Part shown: one piece after another, positions 17,578-26,612 of the stretch
Layout: every line of letters begins with the position of its first letter
Position numbering within the stretch: the stretch's first letter is position 1
DNA from: a virus
Taxonomy: Duplodnaviria; Caudoviricetes
Direction: 5' to 3' (one strand)
Virus record (IMG/VR): IMGVR_UViG_3300048861_000251
Span: 1-38,294 of that record
Length of the DNA stretch: 38,294 bases
Made by a program: the position numbers and the translations under genes
The notes under the pieces: generated by a model
The model's database searches: none
What the model was told of the DNA's origin: nothing
The model's input: the letters and a program-made list of their open reading frames with translations, nothing else

Positions 17578-20166
17578 TTAGCGTCTAGTTGTTGAGGGCA
17601 AACGGCGATTGCGTTCGCTTGTGGCGGATACCGAACTTGCGATAATAGCCGGCGTTGCTTGAGCAATACCGCGGCGCACTGCTGCCTCTGTAGCTGCAGG
17701 ATCATGAGATCCGCGAGCGTCGATGTTCCAATTGTGTGTATCGCCACCACCACCTAGGGATGAGTTAGGCAAGATCGTGCCGCTGGTCGATGGGAGGAAC
17801 GGTTCAGGGCCGTTCTCGCCTACGAGATAAGCATTGCCGGCAGATACCGGGCCACCGGCTGCTCGCGCACCTCCGAACAAACTAGCGAAGAACGCACCAC
17901 CGGAATCTGAATCAGAATCTCCGCCACCGAATAGACCACCTATCCCTCCGGGTACTCCAGAGCCATCGACAATCTTCACGTTCAACGGGTTGGATGCGGA
18001 GCCATCGGGCTTACCACCAAGACCAAACGCGCCAAGTACAGAGCCTTCAACCTTTTCGAGACCCGTATTCGCAACCTGCTTGCCGATGCCGCGGAACGTC
18101 CCAGACCAGTTCGTCTGACCGCCTACTATCGCATTAGATAGATTGTCATTGAGGCCATAAAGTACGGATTCAGTGATCGTCCGCATCTGCGTTGCAGCAT
18201 CGCGGGTAGATCGTACAAAGTCGGCCAGTGCTTCGTTTGCTCCGGCAGTTCCAGAGGTTGAACCGACCCAAGTAGAGGAACGATCTTGATTCACCTGCGA
18301 TGCACGGCGAGAGTTTAGATCAACGATTTGAGTCTTGAATCCGTTGCGCTTAGCCGCGGCGTCCTGGTCATCATCTCTGACAGCCGAAAGTTGTGCATTT
18401 AGTTGTGCAAGCTGCTGGCGGTATTCAGCCGTGTGAAGGGTCTGGAGCTGCATTGCAGCATCCATCTCTGTGATCTGCTTCGTCCTAAGCTGGTAATTGA
18501 TATCAGACTCGGCACCAGAGTATCCGGCCCTTGTCTTCGCATCATCGAGCCGACTACCAGAGTCGATAGCATTGACGATACCGCGGCTTTGGGCAACCGC
18601 ACCCGGATTCAATGCCTTGAGCATCTCCTCGGTCTGCTGCTTTGATGCTTCATTGTTCGCTTTACGAAGGTCTTCAAACTGCTTGCGCTGCTGCTCTGCC
18701 TGCTTCTTAGTGGCGTCAAGGAACTTATCGTATGCAGACAGATAATTTATGCTGCCAACCTGCACAACCTGAAGACGTGCAAGCCAGAACTCACGCTCCT
18801 GCGCAGTCGTCATGTCGCCGTCCTTCTGTCGCTCCTTTAGCTGTGTAGCCCAAAGTTGACGCTGTTCATCGGCAGCGGTCTTGGCTATACCTGCGTTGTC
18901 CTTACCGCCCTTGAGAGTCTGTTCCTGTCGGGCAAGATCGCCCACACGCTTGCGGGCATTCATCAAATCAAGCTGAGACTGAACCTGATTCTTGTAATAG
19001 TCCAGTTGGGCGATACGAGCATCGTTTTGGTTGGTCACGCGAGCAACAGGAGAACCGCTACGGTCTGCCTCGATGACTGTATTACCCTTGACGAGATCGC
19101 TGCGCTCACCGTTGATAGAGTTCACGGCACCGCTTAGAACGTCCGCCAGGGCAGTGCGGCGAGCCTTTTCGATGGCTTTCATCGCTTCATCGCTCGTAGC
19201 GCCTGAGGCCTTCTTGTTGTAGTCGTCGTTGGTGTCCCTGAGAGACTTTTCTAGCGACTCTCTACGTGCTTTGATGTCCTTCTCTTCCCCGCCCGTGGGG
19301 TTGGAACCGGAGAACCATCCCTCTATGCCGGATACATGGGTCTGCTTGAACAGCGCCTCCATCTCTTTACGATCAGACTGGAGGGATGCGAGCAGTTCGT
19401 CAGCAGCCTTCTTTGCCTCGTCGAGGCCGAGCTGGAGACCGTTGCCGGGGTGACCTGAGAGCTTGTCGATGTTGAGCTGGAGTTTGTCTGCCTCAATCGT
19501 CAGATCATCGATCGTGACCTGTGTCTTAGCGTGTGCGTCCTCCATCGCCTCCTGAAGAGCCTTCGATGATTCCTTGGCCTTCTGGGTCATCTCGTACAGC
19601 TTCTCGCCAGCATCGACAAGAATCTGCACGAAGGCAATTCCACCCACCAGAGGGAAAAGGTTCTGAAGAACAGGGCCCAAGTTGAGAGTCTTTGCCAGGA
19701 AGTTTTCGACCGCACGGACATTTTGACCACCGTCAACAGTGCGGATCGCTGCACCACCGGCGATAGACCCTGCAACCTCTGCGTGCTGTTGCTTGATCGC
19801 TCCGAACGTTGCATTTACTGCAAATAGCTGTTTTTGATATGCCTCGGTTACAAGGTTTTCAGCCGCTGCACGCGACTGTGCAGAGTTGACGTCAGCTTTA
19901 CCATTTGAGACGTTTTCCGCGCTGATTTGCTTCTGAACAGCCTGAATGGCGAGCAACGAACGATAACGCTCCTGCTCGATCCGCTGGAGTTCTTCTACAG
20001 ACGCACCAGCAGCCTTAGCATTGGTGACCTGATCGCGATAGGCGTCCTGAGCGGCCTTTTTCTGTTCGTTCAGAGCCTTCGAGAGATCACGGACAACAGT
20101 CGCAGACCGCTCCACCGGTGTGGTGAACTGTGACGTGTCAGCTTGAAATACGACTTTACCGGCCAT
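17578..20166 (-). CDS. Tail tape measure protein
   Basis: 862-aa Ala/Gln/Glu-rich helical protein; C-terminal ARAAGGPV...YLVGENGPE. Confidence 0.9.
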   Translation of the reverse strand: MAGKVVFQADTSQFTTPVERSATVVRDLSKALNEQKKAAQDAYRDQVTNAKAAGASVEELQRIEQERYRSLLAIQAVQKQISAENVSNGKADVNSAQSRAAAENLVTEAYQKQLFAVNATFGAIKQQHAEVAGSIAGGAAIRTVDGGQNVRAVENFLAKTLNLGPVLQNLFPLVGGIAFVQILVDAGEKLYEMTQKAKESSKALQEAMEDAHAKTQVTIDDLTIEADKLQLNIDKLSGHPGNGLQLGLDEAKKAADELLASLQSDRKEMEALFKQTHVSGIEGWFSGSNPTGGEEKDIKARRESLEKSLRDTNDDYNKKASGATSDEAMKAIEKARRTALADVLSGAVNSINGERSDLVKGNTVIEADRSGSPVARVTNQNDARIAQLDYYKNQVQSQLDLMNARKRVGDLARQEQTLKGGKDNAGIAKTAADEQRQLWATQLKERQKDGDMTTAQEREFWLARLQVVQVGSINYLSAYDKFLDATKKQAEQQRKQFEDLRKANNEASKQQTEEMLKALNPGAVAQSRGIVNAIDSGSRLDDAKTRAGYSGAESDINYQLRTKQITEMDAAMQLQTLHTAEYRQQLAQLNAQLSAVRDDDQDAAAKRNGFKTQIVDLNSRRASQVNQDRSSTWVGSTSGTAGANEALADFVRSTRDAATQMRTITESVLYGLNDNLSNAIVGGQTNWSGTFRGIGKQVANTGLEKVEGSVLGAFGLGGKPDGSASNPLNVKIVDGSGVPGGIGGLFGGGDSDSDSGGAFFASLFGGARAAGGPVSAGNAYLVGENGPEPFLPSTSGTILPNSSLGGGGDTHNWNIDARGSHDPAATEAAVRRGIAQATPAIIASSVSATSERNRRLPSTTRR

Positions 20167-20626
20167 TTAAGATCTGCTCCACTTCTGCTTCTGCACCGGC
20201 GACCATCGCCTCTTCTGCTTCGGTTTGTAGTGAGTCTTCGACTGCACGAATGAACGGTCTAGCCGCTACGTGACCTATCTCTCTGCCTTTGCGACCACCT
20301 TTTACGAGAACGTGACCCGCGTCGACCCAGTTAGCGACGTGACTGTATTTACCGAAGTCGACAACCGCGGCACGTCCAAGATCGCCACGAGGCTCTAAGA
20401 CACGAGGACGTACAGACTCACGCAGCTTGCCGATAGGGAGAGAGGTTGATAGTTCTGAGGGTTGCTTGCTGGCTACCGGAGTAGCCTCGATCAGTGCCGG
20501 TTTTACGACGACATTTACTTCACGCAGACCTGCTCTTTCGATCTGCGGCAAGTCTTTTACAGTCATGCCTTCGAGTTTCGAGGCCAGTTGATCGAGCCAG
20601 GTAGTGTCGATCTCTAGGTCAGGCAT
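20156..20626 (-). CDS. HK97 gp10-like tail completion protein
   Basis: GKLRES, ANWVDAGH and ARPFIR motifs. Confidence 0.8.
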   Translation of the reverse strand: MPDLEIDTTWLDQLASKLEGMTVKDLPQIERAGLREVNVVVKPALIEATPVASKQPSELSTSLPIGKLRESVRPRVLEPRGDLGRAAVVDFGKYSHVANWVDAGHVLVKGGRKGREIGHVAARPFIRAVEDSLQTEAEEAMVAGAEAEVEQILNGR

Positions 20627-21053
20627 TGGCTACCAGTCCGATCTTTACGAGGTATGGGTCTGCTTTGCCCGTAGCGTTGTACATCTTCAGCAGTGCCCCG
20701 ATATGCGCACGAGTAGATCTGTAATCAGCCATAACGTCCTCGGATACAGGCTCACCTTCTGGCTCTGAATGTTTTGCCTGGACCATAAAGTTAGGCATGA
20801 AATCTCTGGGAGCAACCGCCTCATCAGGACGAGATAGAGAGAAGTTGACTACGGCCGCGGTGGTGAAGGCCTGAATCATCTCTCGATGAACTAATTCTTC
20901 CCGATGACGTTCCCATAACATATGGAACTGCTTAGGAGTCATTAGCCAGAATTCCTGCTCACCAAGTCTGAGATCGTATCGAGCCTGTGCCCAGGTATTG
21001 CGGATTACTTCGCCCGGTTTCGCGGCCTTTTCCGGCTGGCCTTCGCTTCCCCC
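20619..21053 (-). CDS. Tail assembly chaperone gpT portion (reached by -1 frameshift)
   Basis: The -1 frame is open from the slippery site: GSEGQ...TWAQARYDLRLGEQEFWLMTPKQF. Confidence 0.8.
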   Translation of the reverse strand, partial: GGSEGQPEKAAKPGEVIRNTWAQARYDLRLGEQEFWLMTPKQFHMLWERHREELVHREMIQAFTTAAVVNFSLSRPDEAVAPRDFMPNFMVQAKHSEPEGEPVSEDVMADYRSTRAHIGALLKMYNATGKADPYLVKIGLVANA

Positions 21054-21373
21054 GGCTGTTTATCAGGGACAGAGCCAAACCACGCAGCAAACAATGCATC
21101 CTGGATCGTCTTGAGGTTATGGAAGCTGACCCACTCTGCCACCTGATCAACGGTAAGCGTCTGATCGTCGCGCCAGAGAGCGGCGTGCAAAAGCTCTGCG
21201 GCGATGGACAGTCGATCCATCTGTGAGAGTAGCCAGCCGACAGACTGCTTGTGCTTCGACTCCAAAGCGTCGATAGCCTTGTAACTGAAGGCCATCGGAC
21301 GCTCTTTACCCCCGATGCTGATAGCAACATCGGGGAGAGTGGAGTTGAGGTTAGCGTCGAATACCTGAGCCAT
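21005..21373 (-). CDS. Tail assembly chaperone gpG
   Basis: Located between tail tube and tape measure; slippery site near its 3' end. Confidence 0.8.
   Translation of the reverse strand: MAQVFDANLNSTLPDVAISIGGKERPMAFSYKAIDALESKHKQSVGWLLSQMDRLSIAAELLHAALWRDDQTLTVDQVAEWVSFHNLKTIQDALFAAWFGSVPDKQPGEAKASRKRPRNRAK
21047..21053 (-). promoter_or_regulatory. Programmed -1 ribosomal frameshift site G GGG GAA
   Basis: In-phase heptamer; a -1 shift joins gpG to the 20619-20942 ORF with no stop. Confidence 0.8.
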
Positions 21374-21858
21374 TAGCTACCGCTCGCAACGGCTGCGGTT
21401 TGTGCAATCGGTCCGCTGATCTTGAGCGATACGGAGATCGTTGCAACCTTAGTCTCATCAGAACCAGGCAGCGGGAACTGCTCAACTTCAGCGGAGAAGG
21501 TGTTGATCGGTCCGGAAGCAAATCCTGGCTGCACCTTGTAGACGTGCTTGACGGTCAGAATCGTATCCGCGTCATAAGCAGCTGCAAGAGCAAGTTGGCC
21601 AGGATCGGTAGCAAGGAACACGCAGTCGAAAGTCATAGAGCCCGGATCTTTCAGGGTTCCCTGCGAAGTCTTGTACCCGCCGGTGGAGGTCGTTGTGGTC
21701 GTATCTACAAAGTCCTTCTTTTGCCCGCTGTACGCGATATTTTTCGTTTGCATGACTTGGATGAAGGTCTCTCCACCGTCGATGGAGAAGAAAATTACGT
21801 CTCCATAACCGGTCTGAGCGGAGGTCAAAGCATAAGCAGGAGTGAGAGGTGTGGGCAT
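21373..21858 (-). CDS. Major tail tube protein
   Basis: VDTT...GTLKDPGSMTF and SLKISGP motifs; position. Confidence 0.85.
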   Translation of the reverse strand: MPTPLTPAYALTSAQTGYGDVIFFSIDGGETFIQVMQTKNIAYSGQKKDFVDTTTTTSTGGYKTSQGTLKDPGSMTFDCVFLATDPGQLALAAAYDADTILTVKHVYKVQPGFASGPINTFSAEVEQFPLPGSDETKVATISVSLKISGPIAQTAAVASGS

Positions 21859-21886
21859 TGGCGATTTCCTTTGGTGTGAAGTGGAG

Positions 21887-22270
21887 TTACTCGGTTACGA
21901 AAACGATGAAGTCCATAGACACGCGATAAAGACGCGCATCGTGCTCGTATCCGTCGGTCACCGTGTCCAGTCGAATGGAATCAATGGAGGTGTCGGAGTA
22001 CAGAGAGTAGTCTTCGAGGATAGTGAGTAGTGCTGCCTGAAGCTGTTTCGTCTGCGAATACGTACTAGCCCAGATGTCGAACTGAAGCCGTACCCTGTTG
22101 AGACTTACTGGACCTGTCGTCGAGTACGTACGCACGGTTGTGATCCGCTGATACGTCACCGCAGGTAGCTGTGGATCGTCCGGGAGAATCGTAGGGTAGA
22201 GTCGAGTGCCTGCCAGGTCGGTAAAGCGCGAGTCGGCCAGTATGAGACTGTGAAAAGCAGTTTCGATCAT
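21887..22270 (-). CDS. Tail terminator (DUF3168 family)
   Basis: GTRLYP...PAVTY and RLQFDIWA motifs. Confidence 0.85.
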   Translation of the reverse strand: MIETAFHSLILADSRFTDLAGTRLYPTILPDDPQLPAVTYQRITTVRTYSTTGPVSLNRVRLQFDIWASTYSQTKQLQAALLTILEDYSLYSDTSIDSIRLDTVTDGYEHDARLYRVSMDFIVFVTE

Positions 22271-22605
22271 GCGCGGCCCTCATCGACTTCAAGACAGGTA
22301 AGTTCTAGCTTTACGCGGGACTCATCTGGGTCGGCAACGGCCTGAATTTGGAAGATTCGACCGCGGTAATTGACCCGCATCGCGGAAGTGACTCCCGATC
22401 TGTATCGAATGACAATCGTGTGCGTGACCGCTGCGGTAAAACCGGGGCCAAGAGCGTATAGTTCGCGGCCTGTGATCTTGGATATCTTTGCCCAGGTGGT
22501 AACGAATTCCTGCCAGTCGTCTGCCGGCTGCCCGTATTCGTCCTGTGATGTGGATGGCGCTTGAAGGGTGATACGTCTGTTGAGTTCACCGGCGTCAAGG
22601 CCCAT
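22267..22605 (-). CDS. Head closure/head-tail adaptor (SPP1 gp16-like)
   Basis: AGELNRRITLQ, DEYGQ and IRYRSGVTSAMRV motifs. Confidence 0.9.
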   Translation of the reverse strand: MGLDAGELNRRITLQAPSTSQDEYGQPADDWQEFVTTWAKISKITGRELYALGPGFTAAVTHTIVIRYRSGVTSAMRVNYRGRIFQIQAVADPDESRVKLELTCLEVDEGRA

Positions 22606-23248
22606 AATATTTCCACCTTTCTAGCAGCGCATCGACAGCGAGGGGCAGAGTCGTCAACTTATTTTCTGTTACGGCTTCACGGTTCGCGTACCAATGACCG
22701 ACGAGCAGTAGAATCGCGTGCTTGATCGAAGCGGGTACGGAGTTGTCGTCCCACAATCCGGCCTTAAACGTGATCGTGATAGACCCTGGTGAGTATGAAT
22801 TGATGTACGGCCACGTCCCACCGTCCGCAGGAACGATACGAGCCGGTTCTGAGTTGAGATCGATGGTGTACTGATCTTCTGTAAGCGTTACCGTCTCACC
22901 GGAGATGCCCTGAAAGATTATCGAGTCGACAGATGTAACCTTCGACCGCGGTAGATCAATCGCGTAATCGGCGAAGTAGACGGATGGAAAGAGGTAGTTC
23001 TCTCTCTGCTCCGGACTGCGTGTCAGGGTGCCGGTTGGATATGGAAACTGGTCAAGTGATAGCTCGTATGTCTGTTGAAAGACGGCTCGACGCAACTTGC
23101 CTTCGACGACTTCACGAGCCGCAGAGATGAGAGCAAGGATGTAACCGTCGTCGTCCGGAAAATCTACACGCAGGTGAGTTTTAGCCTCTTCGAGTGAGCC
23201 TGGCTCCGACTCTGGAGCAGATACGAGTTGGAGGCCAAACTTTTGCAT
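22595..23248 (-). CDS. Head-tail connector (HK97 gp6-like)
   Basis: LEEAKTHLRVD and AILLLVGHWYANRE motifs. Confidence 0.9.
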   Translation of the reverse strand: MQKFGLQLVSAPESEPGSLEEAKTHLRVDFPDDDGYILALISAAREVVEGKLRRAVFQQTYELSLDQFPYPTGTLTRSPEQRENYLFPSVYFADYAIDLPRSKVTSVDSIIFQGISGETVTLTEDQYTIDLNSEPARIVPADGGTWPYINSYSPGSITITFKAGLWDDNSVPASIKHAILLLVGHWYANREAVTENKLTTLPLAVDALLERWKYYGP

Positions 23249-23433
23249 TATCGTGTCGCTTTCTCTTTGGAGGTCTTCTTTACCGCGGTTTCTGGCTCCT
23301 GACCGTCCTTAACTGGCTCGGCAAGCTTCGCGTTGAGATAGTCAACGGCTACTGCGTCATCCACTTCGATGACTGTGCCCTTTCTCACAGGTCCATTCGC
23401 ATCGATGTGTGATCTGGTGATTCTTACGAGCAT
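23248..23433 (-). CDS. Small head-associated protein
   Basis: AAGGA RBS; KGTVIEV..A...L...LAE pattern typical of genes after the major capsid gene. Confidence 0.7.
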   Translation of the reverse strand: MLVRITRSHIDANGPVRKGTVIEVDDAVAVDYLNAKLAEPVKDGQEPETAVKKTSKEKATR

Positions 23434-23453
23434 TCATTCATCCTTGCTGGCGT

Positions 23454-23480
23454 AAGGAGCGACCCGAAGGCCGCCCCCTT
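23454..23480 (-). terminator. Hairpin after the major capsid gene
   Basis: GGGGCGGCC-TTCG-GGTCGCTCC followed by a short U tail. Confidence 0.55.
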
Positions 23481-23491
23481 CACCGGGCTGG

Positions 23492-24649
23492 TTAGCTAGC
23501 TTTTACAAAAATGTTTACGATCGGATGAGTTCCGCCGTCGGTCACAGCTCCACCCACACGGGCGCGAGCGTAGAAGCCAACCATGCCGGGATGCGTGAAG
23601 TCACCCGCGATGCGGATAACCGAGAGACCAGGCTTCGCTACACGCAGCTTGTACCCCTGTTTGAAGTCGCCGAACTGAATGGGAGTCTTCGAAGCAGCTA
23701 CGCTGTCGTGATACTGCGAAATGACAACCGGGCGACCAAGCAGGGTGTCAAAGGCCCCAGCGTTAGGGGAGGGAATAAAAAGCGGTCTGCCCAGATCGTC
23801 GACGATACCCATGAGAGATGCGCGAGTCGAGCTGTTCATCACCCACGAAGCTCCGGCCTCATATGCGGGATCCAGTTGGCCGTATGCAGAGATGAGGTCC
23901 GCGTAAGCAACAGCACCGACAGCCGCGGTCGTAACCTTGGTGCTTGCATAGCCGGTCACAATGGAGCCCACAGAGGTAGTTCCAGTGGCAATGGCTTTGC
24001 TGATTGCGCGGAAGTAAGCGGCTCCGAGCGAATCACGCAGGAACGACTCAAGGTCAAACGCGCTGTCCTGAAGTTCATCCAGCGACACAGTCACCAGACC
24101 CTCGACGTCATCGGTCGAGATCGTGATGGAGGTCGCAGTCGGATCGACTTCGGTGGGTGCCGTGCCTTCTGTACCGACAGACATCAAATCGCCGGTTGCG
24201 TTGACCAGCGAGGTCTTCATCGGAGCACCGTTCTCAGTCTCCCAGAGCTTAACCACGTTGTACAGACCGCCCCAAGCCTTCTGCGCCGATACAATCTCAG
24301 GTGCGAACGCCTGCGGGATGATAGCCGCGCCGGTCGCACCGGTGGTAAGGATGGAACGAACCTCGCCGGTCTTGATGTACTGGCGGAATGCCTCACGCTC
24401 ATCGCGAGAACGATCCTCTACCGAGCTGTTGGGGTTAGGGCGAGCCTGCGCAACCGAGGCCGAACGCTGCTCTTCAAAAGCTGCGAGACGCTCTGCAACG
24501 GCGATATCAGCCTCGAGAGTGTCAACGTCTGCAAGCATTGCACTGACCTTCGTGCGCTGCTCTGCGGTTATTTCCGCTCCCTGCACGATCGCAGTAGCGT
24601 CATTCATGATTTTGTTGCGAAGCTCTTTCATATCTACGAGGTTTGGCAT
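23492..24649 (-). CDS. HK97-family major capsid protein
   Basis: Coiled-coil delta domain, ELQDSAFDLE, TLLGRPV and FGDF motifs. Confidence 0.95.
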   Translation of the reverse strand: MPNLVDMKELRNKIMNDATAIVQGAEITAEQRTKVSAMLADVDTLEADIAVAERLAAFEEQRSASVAQARPNPNSSVEDRSRDEREAFRQYIKTGEVRSILTTGATGAAIIPQAFAPEIVSAQKAWGGLYNVVKLWETENGAPMKTSLVNATGDLMSVGTEGTAPTEVDPTATSITISTDDVEGLVTVSLDELQDSAFDLESFLRDSLGAAYFRAISKAIATGTTSVGSIVTGYASTKVTTAAVGAVAYADLISAYGQLDPAYEAGASWVMNSSTRASLMGIVDDLGRPLFIPSPNAGAFDTLLGRPVVISQYHDSVAASKTPIQFGDFKQGYKLRVAKPGLSVIRIAGDFTHPGMVGFYARARVGGAVTDGGTHPIVNIFVKAS

Positions 24650-24714
24650 GGATTATTTTCCTTTAGTGTTAGATTTTGAGGTTATGCGTGGGTGAGAACG
24701 CAGAAATGGCGTGA

Positions 24715-25329
24715 TTACTTGCGTGAGCGGATAGCGATTCGCAGCTTGAGAGTTTCCAGATCTTCATCTACAACTTCAGGCGCCGACGTCGGTTCTCCCT
24801 TCTGGCTCTGCTCGATGCGAGAGCGAATCTCATCAGGAATGGACCGAAGTGCGACGGAGGCATCCGGATATGCGGGGTCTCCTGTAGGGCTTACCTCAAA
24901 CAGCTCCACTTCTTGCAGGGTGCGCATCGCTGTCCCATCGTCGGCAACCGCCCACGTTTCTTTGTGGCAGCAGAAACCGAACGAAGTTGCTTCAAGGTCA
25001 CCACGCGACACCTGTTCAGCAAGATCGTTACCCGCCGTAGTATTCGGCAGCTTCAGACGATATCGAAGACCTTCGGGGCTATCAGTCAGCGTCAATGTTC
25101 CTGACTTAGTACGTCCTAGCAGCAGAGTGCTGTCGTGATTGAGCAGTGCCCTAACGTCCGCCTCCTCTTCCAAAGCGGCTGCGAAGGCTCCGGGTGCGAT
25201 GATCTCTGTGAACCCACCGAGGTCGACCGAGGGGCTGGAGTACGGGATGAGGCCTTCGATGGTGCGGCCGTCATCAGACGCACTGACTCGGAGTTCCGCG
25301 GTTACGGAACGTGTTTCACGTTGGGACAT
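24715..25329 (-). CDS. HK97-family prohead protease
   Basis: LLNHD, SFGF and LFEVS...PAY motifs. Confidence 0.95.
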   Translation of the reverse strand: MSQRETRSVTAELRVSASDDGRTIEGLIPYSSPSVDLGGFTEIIAPGAFAAALEEEADVRALLNHDSTLLLGRTKSGTLTLTDSPEGLRYRLKLPNTTAGNDLAEQVSRGDLEATSFGFCCHKETWAVADDGTAMRTLQEVELFEVSPTGDPAYPDASVALRSIPDEIRSRIEQSQKGEPTSAPEVVDEDLETLKLRIAIRSRK

Positions 25330-25332
25330 TTG

Positions 25333-26604
25333 TTATTCCTTTGTGTCTTTCTTCTGACCTGGGTTCCAATCAGTCACCCATTTATCAGCCGACATCATAT
25401 TTACCGGCGACATGAGCGAATTGCCGAGTTCTCCACCTACCGGGTTCAGACCGAGCTGTTTGCGGCCTTCATCGATAGTGAGGAGCGACCATTGACGACC
25501 GAGCGCAAGCGTCTCCAATGTCGTTTTCATATCCGCACGCAAACGTTCCTGCAGATCGAATCGGATGAGATAGGATGACCGCTTCCGTGAAGTCATTGGC
25601 AGGAGTTTGCGGTTGTACTCAGTCGCGATCTTTGTCAGATACGGGGACATTGTTTCGAGGATCAGATTCAGACTGGCTTGTTCGCTGTTAGCGGTGCTCT
25701 GTCTGGTCGTGTCGCCGATAAAATGCGGGTCCAAGCGGAATATCGCGGCAATTTCATTACGGCTGAAGCCGCGTGACTCAAGAAAGGCCGCATCGGACAT
25801 CGAGAGGCCCATCGCCATATAACGCATCGGAGCAGGCAAAACGGCCAATCTACCTTGATTGTTCCCGCTTCCCTGCTTTTCCAGCATTTCGCGGAGCTGC
25901 TGACCCTGTTCGGCTGTCAGCGGTCCATCGGGAGTAATGAGACCTTTTGGGGAGAAGCCGTTACCTATAAATCGGGCGCCCTGCTTGAGGGTTGCCTGTG
26001 CAAATCCGAGGGTCTGAGCCTGTAGCTGAACCGGAGACAAACCGCGGAGACCATTGAACGACCAGAGCGGTATGTGAATCATGTCCTTTGCAGGTACGAT
26101 TCGCTTCACTTCAGAGTCATCAACAGCGTATTCGATCAATCCTGCATCGTTTCGCTGTGGTGTGACCTTCAACGGGTTCCGTGGATATAGTGCGATCGGA
26201 TTCTTGCGCCCATCGCGCTGTATCTCGATGAATCCATTGCCTGTCAGGGCGATTGCTCCGGTAAGTGTCTCGATGGAGACCGGCGCGGACATTTCAGAGT
26301 TCGGTTGCGTGTCCAGTAGGCATGAGAGCGAATGGTCTCTCGCTTCCTTTTCCCCTTCGGAGGTCTGCTCATAGATGCGGAGCGGGATAGAACCGGCCGT
26401 CTCCGCTATGACACGAACGCAAGAGTAAACCCAGGAGATCTGGAGCGCGGTGGTCTCGTTGATCGACTCTCCGCTGGCTGTGGGCTCTCCGCCCATCATT
26501 AGCGAGAAGGCTTGGCGTCCGTTCAGGAGCATAGAATCCCCTCCGGCGCGGAGCTCCTGCTCGCGCTCACCGAACAGCGACCGGATTGAAGAAAGAAGGT
26601 TCAA
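25333..26604 (-). CDS. HK97-family portal protein
   Basis: VYSCVRVIAE, GLSP and EIAAIFRL motifs; start re-placed to TTG 26604 behind AAGGA. Confidence 0.92.
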   Translation of the reverse strand: MNLLSSIRSLFGEREQELRAGGDSMLLNGRQAFSLMMGGEPTASGESINETTALQISWVYSCVRVIAETAGSIPLRIYEQTSEGEKEARDHSLSCLLDTQPNSEMSAPVSIETLTGAIALTGNGFIEIQRDGRKNPIALYPRNPLKVTPQRNDAGLIEYAVDDSEVKRIVPAKDMIHIPLWSFNGLRGLSPVQLQAQTLGFAQATLKQGARFIGNGFSPKGLITPDGPLTAEQGQQLREMLEKQGSGNNQGRLAVLPAPMRYMAMGLSMSDAAFLESRGFSRNEIAAIFRLDPHFIGDTTRQSTANSEQASLNLILETMSPYLTKIATEYNRKLLPMTSRKRSSYLIRFDLQERLRADMKTTLETLALGRQWSLLTIDEGRKQLGLNPVGGELGNSLMSPVNMMSADKWVTDWNPGQKKDTKE

Positions 26605-26612
26605 ATGATTCC

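Noticed and set aside
23525-24679. 384-aa plus-strand ORF
   Set aside because: Antisense shadow of the major capsid gene. The same applies to the other plus-strand ORFs within 6.2-28.7 kb.
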